64,000 bases of DNA from an uncultured Thiotrichales bacterium (GCA_964439815.1 CAYTPO010000142.1:6310-70309), one strand, 5' to 3'; positions 50,135-62,905 are shown, counted from the stretch's first letter. Numbers and translations are program-made. Notes: generated from the letters alone by a model not told the origin.

Positions 50135-51513
50135 TATCCAGTCACCCTTTGAGGAACCTCTTTCTCGGCATCCCAGTTAGTAAAAATCGGAAACAGCAGC
50201 GTGACAACCAGATAGATGCCTGGAATAGCCAACGCAGGCCAGACCATGGAAGGATTCAGCGTATCCACCCTGATCAGGTCATAGGCAACGATCAGTCCCA
50301 TCACGACCGCGAAGGTCAACAGGCTGGTCAGTGCCGAACGTTTCTTGCTGCTGTACCACATCACGATGAAGAACGAGAAGTAGACCTCGGTCAGCCTGAC
50401 ACCCATTTCGGAGTTGAACTCGGTGACCGGCTCGATTCCCAGATACCCCAACCAAACAAAGGCGGCCACGAAGTAGAGAATGCTGAACGTATGGAGCTTG
50501 CTGCGATACCGCCAGGACTTGATCGGATTGCGATCGATCCACGGCAGGAAGAACAGGATCACGACCGCAGCCCCCATGGCCAGCACACCCAGAAAAGGAT
50601 CGGGTACGGCACGAAGCACGGTATAGAAAGGCGTGAAGTACCATACCGGCGCGATATGCTCTGGTGTCTGCATGGGATTGGCGGGAACGAAGTTGGCATG
50701 TTCCAGGAAGTAGCCTCCGCCTTCCGGCACAAAAAACAGTACCGCAAAGAAGAAGATCAGGAACACGGCCACACCCAGAATATCCTTGACCGTGTAATAG
50801 GGATGAAAAGCAATACCGTCGAGTGGCACACCGTTTTCATCCTTCGTCTTCTTGATCTCGACTCCATCCGGGTTGTTGGAACCCACCTGATGCAGCGCCA
50901 GAATGTGTAGCACGATCAAACCGACCAGCGCCAATGGAACCGCAATGACGTGCAGCGCAAAAAAGCGATTCAATGTTGCATCCGAGACGACGAAGTCACC
51001 CCGCAGCCATACCGCCAGATCGGGACCAATGCCGGGAATGGCACCAAACAGATTGACGATGACCTGCGCACCCCAATAGGACATCTGTCCCCAGGGCAAC
51101 AGGTAACCCATGAACGCTTCAGCCATCAGCGCCAGATAGATGAACATGCCGAAGATCCAGATCAGCTCCCGCGGGGTCTTGTAGGAGCCGTATATCAGGC
51201 CGCGAAACATGTGCAGATAGACAACGACAAAGAATGCCGAGGCACCGGTCGAATGCATGTAGCGGATAAACCAGCCACCGGGAACTTCCCGCATGATGTA
51301 TTCGACAGAGGCGAACGCCATCTGTGCATCCGGCTTGTAATGCATGGTCAACAGGATGCCGGAAACGATCTGGATAACCAGCACCAGCATTGCCAGCGAG
51401 CCGAAAAAGTACCAGAAGTTGAAATTCTTTGGTGTGTAGTACTTTGAGAGATGATCCTCGAACGGCTTGATGATGGGTAGCCGTTGATCCACCCAGGTAA
51501 GAACTTTATTCAT
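50134..51513 (-). CDS. petB: Cytochrome b of the bc1 complex. The real start is at MNKVLTWVDQRLP.
   Basis: Colinear with Rhodobacter cytochrome b (GSLAMLVLVIQIVSGILLTMHY, PWGQMSYWGA). Confidence 0.9.
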   Translation of the reverse strand: MNKVLTWVDQRLPIIKPFEDHLSKYYTPKNFNFWYFFGSLAMLVLVIQIVSGILLTMHYKPDAQMAFASVEYIMREVPGGWFIRYMHSTGASAFFVVVYLHMFRGLIYGSYKTPRELIWIFGMFIYLALMAEAFMGYLLPWGQMSYWGAQVIVNLFGAIPGIGPDLAVWLRGDFVVSDATLNRFFALHVIAVPLALVGLIVLHILALHQVGSNNPDGVEIKKTKDENGVPLDGIAFHPYYTVKDILGVAVFLIFFFAVLFFVPEGGGYFLEHANFVPANPMQTPEHIAPVWYFTPFYTVLRAVPDPFLGVLAMGAAVVILFFLPWIDRNPIKSWRYRSKLHTFSILYFVAAFVWLGYLGIEPVTEFNSEMGVRLTEVYFSFFIVMWYSSKKRSALTSLLTFAVVMGLIVAYDLIRVDTLNPSMVWPALAIPGIYLVVTLLFPIFTNWDAEKEVPQRVTG

Positions 51514-51517
51514 TAGG

Positions 51518-52153
51518 TTAGGCCTCTTTTTTATCCTCTCCAATCAGGACTTTTGTTTCACTCAGGTAGTAATGAGGAGGTACAACAAGATTGGTAGGTG
51601 CCGGGACGTTCTGGAACACCCGGCCAGCCAGGTCGAATTTCGAACCGTGGCAGGGGCAATACCAGCCTCCCTTCCAGTTTTCACCCAGGTCAGCGGGTGC
51701 CACTTCGGGGCGATAGGTGGGTGAGCAGCCCAGATGAGTACAGATTCCGACCAGAATCAGGAACTCGGGCTTGATCGAACGATACTTGTTATGGGCATAT
51801 TCAGGTTGCTGGGATTCGACCTGACTGTCGGGATCGCGCAGACGGGCATCATTCTCGGGCAGCGCCTTGAGCATCTCCTCGGTACGGCGTACCAACCACA
51901 CGGGTTTGCCACGCCACTCGACACGCACAAGCTGACCCGGCTGGATCTTGCCCAGCTCAGCCTCCACCGGTGCACCTGCCGCCTTGGCCCGTTCACTTGG
52001 CGCCATTGCACTCAGGAATGGGACAGCAACAGCTGCAGCCCCCGCAGCACCAATCACGCTGGTGGTGGCAACCAGAAACCTGCGCTTTTTCAAATCGACG
52101 CGTTCGGTCGATCCAGCTTGATCTGTCTGTTCAATGTCTGCAGCAGTTGACAT
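51518..52153 (-). CDS. petA: Ubiquinol-cytochrome c reductase Rieske iron-sulfur subunit
   Basis: Tat-like KRRFLV signal anchor and CTHLGC...CPCHGS Rieske boxes. Confidence 0.9.
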   Translation of the reverse strand: MSTAADIEQTDQAGSTERVDLKKRRFLVATTSVIGAAGAAAVAVPFLSAMAPSERAKAAGAPVEAELGKIQPGQLVRVEWRGKPVWLVRRTEEMLKALPENDARLRDPDSQVESQQPEYAHNKYRSIKPEFLILVGICTHLGCSPTYRPEVAPADLGENWKGGWYCPCHGSKFDLAGRVFQNVPAPTNLVVPPHYYLSETKVLIGEDKKEA

Positions 52154-52546
52154 CCAATCTCTCCCAATAACTAATCTATGTGAGCAAATAAGTGTATAAA
52201 TATCGTGACGTTACAATAGTTTCGACGCGTAGGCACCACCCCACGAAACCTGAACTCCCAGGACAGCATCATATTCAAATTCACGACATCGGCGCCGATG
52301 GAAGCAATGTCACATCTCACAGCGGCGCGGAATTGTCTCGCAATCATTTAGTTTCGTCAAACGCAATTCCGGTCAAAAAACAACCAACTATGCCTTTTTA
52401 TTCTTTTTAATCAATAAGATACAACAAAATGACAAAAATCAATCGGGTTTCATTTTAGTCGATTTCAACTTGCCCGATCCCCCTGCCCGATGTTAGCCTC
52501 GACACATACCGTTTATCAGAATATCAATACCGCTCAGGGGGCTACG

Positions 52547-53017
52547 GTGAAAATAATCATAATACTTGTCACAGCGCTGTTTGTTTCGATGACTGCCTCG
52601 GCAGACAACTTCACCACCGCCATACCACTGATCGAAAAGGGTACTTCGACCTTCTATGTCTCTGCCTCCATCGGCAACAGCCAGTTCGATCTGCTGGTCG
52701 ACACCGGCGCAGGCTATACAGCCTTGAACAAATCACTGATTGATGAGCTGAAAGCCAGCGGACACGCCAGGCAAACCGGTATCGTCGAAGGCATCATGGC
52801 TAACGGCGCCATCTATGAGCTGCCCGTATACGAAATAACCACCCTGAATATCGGTGGCTGCATCATCAGGGATTTCGAAGCAGCAGAAATGCCTGCCGGA
52901 ACCCGTAACCTGCTCGGACTGAGCGCCCTCAGACAAACGGCCCCCTTCGCCTTTTCACTGGAACCTGCAGAACTGAGGCTGAGCAACTGTGGCGCCAATC
53001 TTGCCCAGGCCAACTGA
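52547..53017 (+). CDS. Retropepsin-like (clan AA) aspartic protease with a signal peptide. The probable start is GTG at 52547, preceded by GGGGG.
   Basis: LLVDTGAGYTAL active-site DTG motif, about 155 aa mature. Confidence 0.6.
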   Translation: MKIIIILVTALFVSMTASADNFTTAIPLIEKGTSTFYVSASIGNSQFDLLVDTGAGYTALNKSLIDELKASGHARQTGIVEGIMANGAIYELPVYEITTLNIGGCIIRDFEAAEMPAGTRNLLGLSALRQTAPFAFSLEPAELRLSNCGANLAQAN

Positions 53018-53028
53018 CCGACAGGGGA

Positions 53029-53784
53029 TCAGACCGGGTTATCAATATCCACAAACTCATGGCACAGTCCGAATCGCTCCGCAAGATGTTCACCCAATGC
53101 CATGACGCCATAACGCTCGGTGGTATGATGGCCCGCTGCAAAGTAGTGAATCCCCAGCTCACGCGCCAGGTGGACAGTCTGTTCCGAGATTTCCCCACTG
53201 ATATAGGCATCAGCACCTGATGCCGCGGCCTGCTCGATATGGCCTTGCGCCGCACCGGTGCACCACGCAACCCGCTCGACAGGGAAGTCGCCCGCGACAA
53301 TGCTCAGCGGTGCCCTGCCAAGCACCTGTTCCAGACGTCGCGCCAACATGATTGCCGGCATGGCCTCGTCGAGCACACCAACAGAGCCTATCCCCTCACT
53401 GTTCAGCGGTTCGGCCCCACTGATTCGCAACCGACGTCCAAGCACAGCGTTGTTCCCCAGCTCGGCATGAGCGTCCAGCGGCAGATGGTAGGCAACAAGA
53501 CTGATATCGTTTTCCAGCAGGGACTTGATGCGCCGCCGCTTGATCCCCACGATCGGCTGCGTCTCCCCCTTCCAGAAATAGCCATGATGCACCAGCAGCA
53601 CATCAGCCTGCAGCATGACAGCCTGATCGATGAGTGCCTGGCAGGCAGTCACACCGGAAACGATCCTTTGCACCTCACTGCGCCCCTCGACCTGCAGCCC
53701 ATTCGGGCAATAATCGGAGAAGGAAGCACTGCTCAACAGTTGATCGGAGTATTGAATCAAGGACTTTAGCGGGATCATGGGCAT
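53029..53784 (-). CDS. Nif3-family dinuclear metal centre protein (YbgI/YqfO-like)
   Basis: 251 aa. The N-terminus and the VLLVHHGYFW / AYHLPLDAH / VAWCTGAAQG / AYISGEISE segments match the Nif3 family. Confidence 0.8.
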   Translation of the reverse strand: MPMIPLKSLIQYSDQLLSSASFSDYCPNGLQVEGRSEVQRIVSGVTACQALIDQAVMLQADVLLVHHGYFWKGETQPIVGIKRRRIKSLLENDISLVAYHLPLDAHAELGNNAVLGRRLRISGAEPLNSEGIGSVGVLDEAMPAIMLARRLEQVLGRAPLSIVAGDFPVERVAWCTGAAQGHIEQAAASGADAYISGEISEQTVHLARELGIHYFAAGHHTTERYGVMALGEHLAERFGLCHEFVDIDNPV

Positions 53785-53895
53785 AAACTGTCAGGTCGAA
53801 GCGTCAACGATGCCGCAGTGTGTCAGATTCAACCAGACGCAGCCAGTCTGCCGGAGCATGTAACCGTGAAACAACATCACACCTTCGCCTTTCAG

Positions 53896-55005
53896 ATGAT
53901 TGCGCTGGGTCTCGCCCTGGCCCTGCTGGCAGTCTTCATCTTCCCGGAAAGATTCGGCCCCAAGACCCCGAACACAGCCGCAAACACTCACCCTGCACCC
54001 ATGGCAGGCATGGCCTGGTCGTTTGCCAATGCGGTCAACGCCGCTGCACCCGCCATTGTGAACATCCATATCGCCAAACAGGTCTTGCGCGAACAGCACC
54101 CACTCTTCAACGACCCGCTGTTTCAGCCCTTTACCGATGATCCGGTCATCGATCCGGAGATCAAGAACCAGACCAGCCTGGGCTCGGGTGTGGTAATGAG
54201 TTCCCGTGGCTACATTCTGACCAATAATCATGTCATCACCAATGCACAGCAGATCGAGGTATTGCTGGCCGATGGCCGTCAGTTCGAAGCCCGGGTGATC
54301 GGTGCCGATCCGGAAACCGATCTGGCCGTGCTCAAGATCGAGGCGACTGATCTCCCCGGTCTGGTATTTGCCAATTCGGCCACCGTCAGGGTGGGTGATA
54401 TCGTGCTGGCCATTGGCAACCCCTTCGGGATTGGTCAGACCGTGACCCAGGGCATCATCAGCGCCACAGGACGCCACGAGCTGGGGCTGACCACCTTCGA
54501 AAACTATATTCAGACCGATGCGGCCATTAATCCCGGCAGTTCAGGGGGTGCCCTGGTCAACACGCGAGGAGAACTGGTCGGAATCAACACCGCCATCTTC
54601 AGCCAGAGTGGAGGTTCCCAGGGAATCGGGTTTGCCATCCCGGTCAATCTGGCCAGCAATGTGATGAGCCAGATCATCAAACATGGGCAGGTCATCCGTG
54701 GCTGGCTGGGCGTGGAGGCTGCCGGGCTGCCGCTCAGCATGGCAGAGGATTTCAAGATTCAGCCCGGGCAAGGCATCGTGATCACCGCGATCACCGAGGG
54801 CAGCCCCGCGGCTCTGGCCGGCTTCAGGCCAGGCGACGTACTGCTGAAGATCAATGGTCAGACCATCAGGAGTCCGGCCTTTGCACTGACGCTGATTGCC
54901 AACAGCTCCCCCGGTACGCTGCTGACCCTGTCGGGCATGCGCAAGGAAGTCCCCATCAAGGCCACGGCAGAAGTCTCACTACGGCCTATCAAGCCAGTGA
55001 GGTGA
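53896..55005 (+). CDS. degS: Periplasmic serine endoprotease with one PDZ domain, DegS/AlgW-like
   Basis: N-terminal TM anchor, then a trypsin-like catalytic domain (GSGVVMSSRGYILTNNHVI, GNPFGIGQTVTQGIISA, PGSSGGALVN) and a single PDZ domain. Confidence 0.8.
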   Translation: MIALGLALALLAVFIFPERFGPKTPNTAANTHPAPMAGMAWSFANAVNAAAPAIVNIHIAKQVLREQHPLFNDPLFQPFTDDPVIDPEIKNQTSLGSGVVMSSRGYILTNNHVITNAQQIEVLLADGRQFEARVIGADPETDLAVLKIEATDLPGLVFANSATVRVGDIVLAIGNPFGIGQTVTQGIISATGRHELGLTTFENYIQTDAAINPGSSGGALVNTRGELVGINTAIFSQSGGSQGIGFAIPVNLASNVMSQIIKHGQVIRGWLGVEAAGLPLSMAEDFKIQPGQGIVITAITEGSPAALAGFRPGDVLLKINGQTIRSPAFALTLIANSSPGTLLTLSGMRKEVPIKATAEVSLRPIKPVR

Positions 55006-56083
55006 GCGCGGAGAGCAGGCGCGCATTCTCCTCCTCGGTACCCACCGTAAGACGCAGGCAATCTTGCAGCAGCCCCCCTGCTGCGGAGAGATTCTTGATC
55101 AGAATCCCCTGTTCCAGCAAGCCCTGATGAATTCTGCCCGCCTGCCCGGCTTGTGTTCGCACCAGCACGAAGTTGGCTTCGCTGGGAAATACCCGGGTAA
55201 AAGGCAAGGCCCGCAACCCTTCCACCAGTGCCGAGCGGGAGGCCCTGATCTGCGCAGCCTGCTGCTCGAACACTTCGATATGCGACAGTGCAAAATCCGC
55301 TGTCACCTGCGTCAATGTATTGATGTTGTAGGGCAACCTGATCTTGTCAAACTGCACCAGTAGCGCCTCGTCACCACACAGATACCCCAGACGCAAGCCC
55401 GCCAGGCCCAGCTTGGAGAAGGTCCTCATCACCAGCAGGTTGGGATAGCGCCCCAGATCCTGCATGAAGCTGTCAGACGCAAACGGAGAATAGGCCTCAT
55501 CGATGACGACCAACCCTGACGAAGCCTGCACGATGCGCTCGATCTCCTGACGATTCCACAGATTGCCGGTCGGGTTGTTGGGGTATGCCAGAAACACCAG
55601 CGCTGGCTGCCGTGCTTCGATGGCCGACAACATTGCCTCGATATCCAGCGAGAAATCCTCGGCCCGCAACGGCACACCCAGATAATCCATTCCGGTAAAC
55701 CGCGCAATCATCTGGTACATGACGAACCCCGGCTCCGGCGCCATAATGCAGCGGCCCTCTTCCGCCACCGACATCGCCAGCACCTGGATCAGCTCATCAG
55801 AGCCATTGCCCAGCATGATGCCCTGCCCCGCCGGTATCCGCATGACATCGCGAATCCTCGCCACCAGCTCACTACCGGCAGGATCCGGATAGCGGTTGAC
55901 TGCGGTAGTGCGCAGATTGACCAGCCAGGCTTCAATCAGCTCCTCGGGCCAGGTATAGGGGTTCTCCATCGCATCCAACTTGATCAGCCCCGCAGATGGG
56001 GGCACATGGTAGGCCGACAACGCCTGGATTTCCGGCCGTATCCAGCGCGAAATCAATGCCTTGGTCGATTCTACGTCATTCAT
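54989..56083 (-). CDS. hisC: Histidinol-phosphate aminotransferase
   Basis: 364 aa, class II aminotransferase, colinear with HisC. Confidence 0.9.
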   Translation of the reverse strand: MNDVESTKALISRWIRPEIQALSAYHVPPSAGLIKLDAMENPYTWPEELIEAWLVNLRTTAVNRYPDPAGSELVARIRDVMRIPAGQGIMLGNGSDELIQVLAMSVAEEGRCIMAPEPGFVMYQMIARFTGMDYLGVPLRAEDFSLDIEAMLSAIEARQPALVFLAYPNNPTGNLWNRQEIERIVQASSGLVVIDEAYSPFASDSFMQDLGRYPNLLVMRTFSKLGLAGLRLGYLCGDEALLVQFDKIRLPYNINTLTQVTADFALSHIEVFEQQAAQIRASRSALVEGLRALPFTRVFPSEANFVLVRTQAGQAGRIHQGLLEQGILIKNLSAAGGLLQDCLRLTVGTEEENARLLSALTSLA

Positions 56084-56095
56084 GCAATCGCCCCA

Positions 56096-57400
56096 TCAGC
56101 GCCGGATGCGGTTTTCCGCCGAGCGGGCATGGGCAATCAGCCCCTCGCCGCGAGCCAGCGTCGATGCAATCAGCCCAAGCTCCGAGGCTCCCTGTGCCGA
56201 ACAGCCGATCAGACTGGAGCGTTTCTGAAAGTCATACACGCCCAGCGGTGACGAAAACCTTGCCGTGCGCGACGTGGGCAGCACATGGTTGGGGCCGGCA
56301 CAGTAATCACCCACCGCTTCAGCCGTATAACGCCCCATGAAGATGGCGCCCGCATGGCGAATCCTGCCAGCCATGGCCTCGGCATCATCGACCGAGAGTT
56401 CCAGATGCTCGGGCGCAATGAAATTGGCCACCTCTACTGCTTCATCCATGTCACGAACCACAATGGCGATACCACGAGCATTGATCGAGGCTTCGATAAT
56501 CTCCGCGCGTGGCATATCGGCCACCAGACGCTGCATGCTCGCCTTGACCTCATTGATGAACGCCGCATCGGGACTGACCAGGATCGACTGCGCATCCTCA
56601 TCATGCTCGGCCTGTGAAAACAGATCCATCGCAATCCAGTCGGGATCGGTCTTGCCATCACAGACCACCAGGATTTCCGACGGACCAGCAATCATGTCGA
56701 TACCCACCGTTCCGAATACCATACGCTTGGCAGTCGCCACATAGATATTGCCGGGACCAACAATCTTGTCGACGCGGGGCACTGTTGCCGTACCATAGGC
56801 GAGCGCGGCAACCGCCTGCGCACCACCCAGCGTAAAGACACGATCCACACCGGAGACCGCGGCGGCAGCCAGCACCAGCGGGTTCACTTCACCTTTGGGT
56901 GTAGGCACTACCATGACCAGCTCGGCAACACCCGCAACCTTGGCGGGAATCGCATTCATCAGCACCGAAGAGGGATAGGCTGCCTTGCCACCCGGGACAT
57001 ACAGACCGGCACTGTCCAGCGGCGTCACCTGTTGCCCCAGCACTGTGCCATCAGCCTCGGTATATTGCCAGGAGTCCATTTTCTGCCGTTCGGCATAACT
57101 GCGAATGCGTGCAGCCGCCGTCTCCAGGGCTTCACGCTGCGCTTCGGGCAGATCGGCCAGCGCCGCATCGATCCGCTCGCGAGACATCTCCAGCGCGGCC
57201 GGATCATCCAGCGACAAGCCATCAAACCTGGCCGTGTAGTCCAGCAGCGCCGCATCCCCCTCGCGGCGGACACGCCCAATGATCTCCCTGACCACGGCAA
57301 ACACCTGCTCATCAGATACCGAGTCCCATGCCAGCATCGCTTCGAGCTGCGGATAGAAATCCGCCAACTCAGTTGAAAGCGTTTTCATTTCCAGCATCAT
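56096..57400 (-). CDS. hisD: Histidinol dehydrogenase
   Basis: 434 aa, colinear with HisD. Confidence 0.95.
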   Translation of the reverse strand: MMLEMKTLSTELADFYPQLEAMLAWDSVSDEQVFAVVREIIGRVRREGDAALLDYTARFDGLSLDDPAALEMSRERIDAALADLPEAQREALETAAARIRSYAERQKMDSWQYTEADGTVLGQQVTPLDSAGLYVPGGKAAYPSSVLMNAIPAKVAGVAELVMVVPTPKGEVNPLVLAAAAVSGVDRVFTLGGAQAVAALAYGTATVPRVDKIVGPGNIYVATAKRMVFGTVGIDMIAGPSEILVVCDGKTDPDWIAMDLFSQAEHDEDAQSILVSPDAAFINEVKASMQRLVADMPRAEIIEASINARGIAIVVRDMDEAVEVANFIAPEHLELSVDDAEAMAGRIRHAGAIFMGRYTAEAVGDYCAGPNHVLPTSRTARFSSPLGVYDFQKRSSLIGCSAQGASELGLIASTLARGEGLIAHARSAENRIRR

Positions 57401-58482
57401 GCAGTACCTCCTGCCCGACGCGTTCTCACTGCATCTGCCAGCGTTTCCAGCACAGGAACGGTGTCATCCCAGCCAATACAGGCGTCGGTGATGCTCTTGC
57501 CGTATTCCAGCGGCTCACCGGGTTTGGCATTCTGCCGGCCGGGCAGCAGATGACTTTCGATCATGACACCAATAATCCGCGTTTCTCCCGCGGCGATCTG
57601 CGCTGCCACATCACCGGCCACTTCGATCTGCCGCTCGTGTTGCTTGCGACTGTTGGCATGACTGCAATCCACCATCAGACGCGGCGCATGGCCGGCCTTC
57701 TCCAGCTGCTCGCTGGCCTGCTGGATATGAGCCGCATCGTAATTGGGTTCACCGTTGCCGCCACGCAGGATGATATGGCAGTCAGGGTTGCCCGTGGTCG
57801 AAAAGATCGCCGAATGCCCCTCCTTGGTCACCGACAGGAAGTGGTGCGGGTGGGAAGCCGAGCCAATAGCATCGATCGCGATCTGCATGTCGCCATCGGT
57901 ACTGTTCTTGAAACCGACCGGACAGGACAGACCCGAAGCGAGTTCACGATGCACCTGGCTTTCCGTGGTTCTTGCACCAATGGCACCCCAGCTGATCAGA
58001 TCGGCCACATACTGCGGGCTGATGAGATCGAGATACTCGGTGGCCGTGGGCATGCCCATGCTGTTGATTTCCTGCAGCAGATTGCGCGCAACACGCAGTC
58101 CCTTGTTGATATGAAAACTGCCATCGAGCCCCGGATCATTGATAAGCCCTTTCCAGCCCACGGTGGTGCGGGGCTTCTCGAAATAGACCCGCATCACGAT
58201 TTCCAGCGCATCCTTCAGCGCCTCACGCTGCTCCATCAGCCGGCGTGCGTATTCGATCCCAGCTTTCGGATCATGAATCGAACAGGGGCCAACAACCACC
58301 AGCAGGCGATCATCATCACCTTGAAGAATGTTGTGAATCGCACGTCGCGATGAGACCACGGTCTCCGCAGCGGCGGCACTGATCGGAAACTCGGAGCGCA
58401 CGATATCGGGTGAGCTTACCTCTTTGATCCCCTGGATCCGCAGATCGTCCGTCTGCACCGGAGCTTGCTGTTGCGCTGCCAT
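57397..58482 (-). CDS. aroG: 3-deoxy-7-phosphoheptulonate (DAHP) synthase, class I (AroG-type), located between hisG and hisD
   Basis: [10 protein letters not shown]...[19 protein letters not shown]...[29 protein letters not shown] is almost identical to E. coli AroG motifs. It overlaps the hisD start by 4 nt. Confidence 0.9.
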   Translation of the reverse strand: MAAQQQAPVQTDDLRIQGIKEVSSPDIVRSEFPISAAAAETVVSSRRAIHNILQGDDDRLLVVVGPCSIHDPKAGIEYARRLMEQREALKDALEIVMRVYFEKPRTTVGWKGLINDPGLDGSFHINKGLRVARNLLQEINSMGMPTATEYLDLISPQYVADLISWGAIGARTTESQVHRELASGLSCPVGFKNSTDGDMQIAIDAIGSASHPHHFLSVTKEGHSAIFSTTGNPDCHIILRGGNGEPNYDAAHIQQASEQLEKAGHAPRLMVDCSHANSRKQHERQIEVAGDVAAQIAAGETRIIGVMIESHLLPGRQNAKPGEPLEYGKSITDACIGWDDTVPVLETLADAVRTRRAGGTA

Positions 58483-59126
58483 TATGTCTGCCTCTCTTCT
58501 ACTACTGCCTTGATTTCGTTCAGCAATCTGCTGACTCGTTCATGCTTCAATTTCATCGACGCCTTGTTGACGACCAGGCGCGAACTGATGTCCGCAATAT
58601 GCTCCAGCGGCTCCAGACCGTTGGCCTTCAGTGTATTGCCGGTATCGACCACATCGACAATGCAGTCGGCCAGGCCCACCAGCGGCGCCAGCTCCATCGA
58701 GCCGTACAGCTTGATGATTTCCACCTGCTGCCCCTTGCCGGCAAAATATTCCCGCGACGAGCGTACAAACTTGGTCGCCACGCGCAACCGGCTGACCCCG
58801 GATAGATCGGCACCCACCTTGCCAGCGACCATCAGTCGGCATTTGGCAATATCCAGATCCACCATCTCATAGAGGCCATCACCACCATGCTCCAGCAACA
58901 CATCCTTGCCGGTCACACCAAGATCGGCAGCACCGTATTGCACATAGGTCGGCACATCGGTAGCACGCAGGATCAGTAGTTTCACATCCTCCCGATTGGT
59001 GTCGAGAATCAGCTTGCGGCTCTTGTCCGGATCATCGACCGGGACGATACCGGCAGCCTCCAGAAACGGCTGCGTCTCCTTGTAGATGCGCCCTTTCGAC
59101 AGCGCAATTATCAGATTGTTTTGCAT
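58482..59126 (-). CDS. hisG: ATP phosphoribosyltransferase, short form. The real start is at [13 protein letters not shown].
   Basis: About 214 aa, colinear with short-form HisG. Confidence 0.9.
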   Translation of the reverse strand: MQNNLIIALSKGRIYKETQPFLEAAGIVPVDDPDKSRKLILDTNREDVKLLILRATDVPTYVQYGAADLGVTGKDVLLEHGGDGLYEMVDLDIAKCRLMVAGKVGADLSGVSRLRVATKFVRSSREYFAGKGQQVEIIKLYGSMELAPLVGLADCIVDVVDTGNTLKANGLEPLEHIADISSRLVVNKASMKLKHERVSRLLNEIKAVVEERQT

Positions 59127-59175
59127 GATGGATTCTTTTCTTACGGTTTTGTGTTCGTTGCCCGGTGGGCATCTC

Positions 59176-60465
<1,290 letters not shown>

Positions 60466-60624
60466 TCACTCGCTGGATTCGACAACCACAGGCCCGATGG
60501 CGCTGCGGATCAGGGTCATGCAACCAGCAAACGGTTCAATCCGACCGATAAAAAGGAGCAAACTATACCGGATAGGCATAGAGGGGTATATATCACTGCC
60601 GGAAGCGCCAGCGGAATGCACGGC

Positions 60625-60924
60625 TCAGTGATTGGATTCAGTGAGAAGATCACCCAGATCGTAGAGATCGATCAGCGACAACAACTGGTGAGAAAACCCC
60701 GAGAATGTCAGCTCGTGGCCCGCCGCCACTGCCTGGCGCAACCATTTGAGCAATAGCGCCAACACACTGCTGTCGGCACGTTCCAACCCATCCAGCGCCA
60801 CATGGCAGCTCCGGCTATTGGCTTGCAGACGTTGATCGGCCAGACGCGCCACCGAAAGAAAGGTAACATCCCCTTCCAGCCGGTAGCGGCCTTTGCCCGA
60901 TTTGACCAGCGTGGGTTGTGTCAT
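60625..60924 (-). CDS. mlaB: STAS-domain protein MlaB. The real start is the internal MTQPTLVKSG; the ORF-track entry is extended into mlaC.
   Basis: About 99 aa, anti-sigma-antagonist-like fold, operon position after mlaC. Confidence 0.7.
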   Translation of the reverse strand: MTQPTLVKSGKGRYRLEGDVTFLSVARLADQRLQANSRSCHVALDGLERADSSVLALLLKWLRQAVAAGHELTFSGFSHQLLSLIDLYDLGDLLTESNH

Positions 60925-61565
60925 TACTGGATCTCGGCTTCCTTGCGCCGTTCGGCCTGCTCTTTTTCGAGTCGTGCGATCAACGCATCCAGGCCATTGG
61001 CATTGATCTCGCTGTTGAAATCGGTGCGGAAGTTCTTGACCACGCTGAGCCCCTCGATTTCCAGATTGTAGGCCTTCCACACACCGCTCTTGTCCCGACG
61101 CAGCTTGTAGATCACCGGGACGTTACGCTGCCCATTACCGGGCACGAACTCGGAATAGACCGTGGCATATTTATCCTTGATCTTGGTGCGGCTGGGAAAG
61201 AACTTGATGTTCTGGTTCGCATACTGTTTCAGCGACTTGGTGTAGGTGTTGACCAGCAGATTGCGAAACGCCGCAATGAACGCACTACGCTGATCGGCAG
61301 TGGCCTTCTTCCAGTGCTTGCCCAGAATCAGCTTGCTCATGGATTTGAAATCCACCAGTGGCAGAATCTCCCTCTCCACCAGATCGTACAATTTGTTGAT
61401 GTCATTGCGAATGGCGCCGCCATTGCGATTCAACTCCGCCATGACCCGCTCTGCATGCTGCTGCAGCACGGCATCGGGTGCCACATCGGTATTGGCCAGT
61501 ACGGCACTACCCGGCAACACCAGCGCCAGAAAAAACGTGACAATCAATCTGTTGAACCACTTCAT
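60924..61565 (-). CDS. mlaC: Phospholipid-binding periplasmic protein MlaC (Ttg2D)
   Basis: Signal peptide and Tol-tolerance family pattern. Confidence 0.85.
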   Translation of the reverse strand: MKWFNRLIVTFFLALVLPGSAVLANTDVAPDAVLQQHAERVMAELNRNGGAIRNDINKLYDLVEREILPLVDFKSMSKLILGKHWKKATADQRSAFIAAFRNLLVNTYTKSLKQYANQNIKFFPSRTKIKDKYATVYSEFVPGNGQRNVPVIYKLRRDKSGVWKAYNLEIEGLSVVKNFRTDFNSEINANGLDALIARLEKEQAERRKEAEIQ

Positions 61566-61580
61566 CTTTGAATGCTCCTG

Positions 61581-62042
61581 TTATTTGGACGTCATCTTGA
61601 CCAGAAACTGTCCGATCAGCTCTTCCAGTACCATCGCAGACTGCGAATGCATGATGTCATCACCATCCTTCAGTGTCTCGTCTTCGGCTCCGGGCTCCAG
61701 CGCGATATACTGCTCACCCAGCAAACCCGCGGTGTAGATGCTCGCCGCGGTATCGACCGAAAGGAAATCGTATTGCTCGTCAATGCCCAGAACGACTCTG
61801 GCCTGCAGGTTGTCGGGGTCATAACCGATATTGCTGACCCGCCCGACCGTCACACCGGAGAGTGTCACCGGAGAGCGCACCTTGAGCCCGCCAATATTGT
61901 CGAAGTAGACATTCACGTGATATTGCCCGCTGCTGCTGTAGCTACTGTAGTTGCTGACTCGCAGAGCCAACACGAACAGCGCACCGATGCCCAGCGCAAC
62001 AAAAATCCCTACCCATATTTCCTGTGTACGTGTCGTACCCAT
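61581..62042 (-). CDS. mlaD: MCE-domain protein MlaD
   Basis: 153 aa. N-terminal TM segment plus one MCE domain. Confidence 0.85.
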   Translation of the reverse strand: MGTTRTQEIWVGIFVALGIGALFVLALRVSNYSSYSSSGQYHVNVYFDNIGGLKVRSPVTLSGVTVGRVSNIGYDPDNLQARVVLGIDEQYDFLSVDTAASIYTAGLLGEQYIALEPGAEDETLKDGDDIMHSQSAMVLEELIGQFLVKMTSK

Positions 62043-62128
62043 AAAATCGACCCAAATAGTAACAGTGGTTTCTTAACAAACACTGAACGCCTGCCATCCA
62101 CATGGTTGACAGCATTCAATTCAATGAC

Positions 62129-62905
62129 TTACGTAAACATCAAGCCCGTCAGTACAAAATCGAGCCCCAGCACCGCCAGCGCTGAATGTACCACGGTCCG
62201 GGTCGTCGCCTGGCTGACACCCTCGGAAGTCGGCATTGCATCGTAACCTTCGAATACTGCAATCCAGGTCACCACGAAACCGAACACCACACTCTTGATG
62301 ACGCCATTCATGATGTCGATATGCCAGTCCACACCCGCCTGCATCTGCGACATGAAGGAGCCGGCATCGACCCCCAGCAGGCCGACACCCACCAGATAGC
62401 CACCCAGAATACCGATGGCGCTGAACAACGCGGCCAGCACCGGCAAGGCGATGAATCCCGCTGCCAGTCGCGGCGCTATCACGCGATGAATGGGGTCGAC
62501 GGCCATCATTTCCATCCCGGAGAGCTGTTCCGTGCTCTTCATCAAGCCAATCTCCGCCGTCAATGCAGAACCTGCACGCCCCGCAAACAGCAGCGCTGCA
62601 ACCACCGGCCCCAGCTCACGCACCAGCGACAGCGCAACCATCACGCCAAGCGACTCCTCGGCACCAAATTTCGACAATGTGACATAGCCCTGCAGCCCCA
62701 GCACCATGCCCACAAACAAGCCGGAGACCAGAATAATCAGCAGCGACAGGACACCGGTGTTGTGCAGCTCCTTGATCAGCAGACCCGGTCGCAACAGCAA
62801 CCCGGGAATACCCACCAGCGTCCGCAACAGGAAGATAAAGGCACGTCCGGTGCGCTGCAATGCGCCCAGCGTAGCGGCTCCGAGCCCGGCCAGCAGATCA
62901 AGCAC
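62129..62905 (-). CDS. mlaE: ABC transporter permease MlaE. The probable GTG start is at 62905, overlapping the mlaF stop by 8 nt.
   Basis: Colinear with E. coli MlaE ([28 protein letters not shown]). Confidence 0.85.
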   Translation of the reverse strand: MLDLLAGLGAATLGALQRTGRAFIFLLRTLVGIPGLLLRPGLLIKELHNTGVLSLLIILVSGLFVGMVLGLQGYVTLSKFGAEESLGVMVALSLVRELGPVVAALLFAGRAGSALTAEIGLMKSTEQLSGMEMMAVDPIHRVIAPRLAAGFIALPVLAALFSAIGILGGYLVGVGLLGVDAGSFMSQMQAGVDWHIDIMNGVIKSVVFGFVVTWIAVFEGYDAMPTSEGVSQATTRTVVHSALAVLGLDFVLTGLMFT

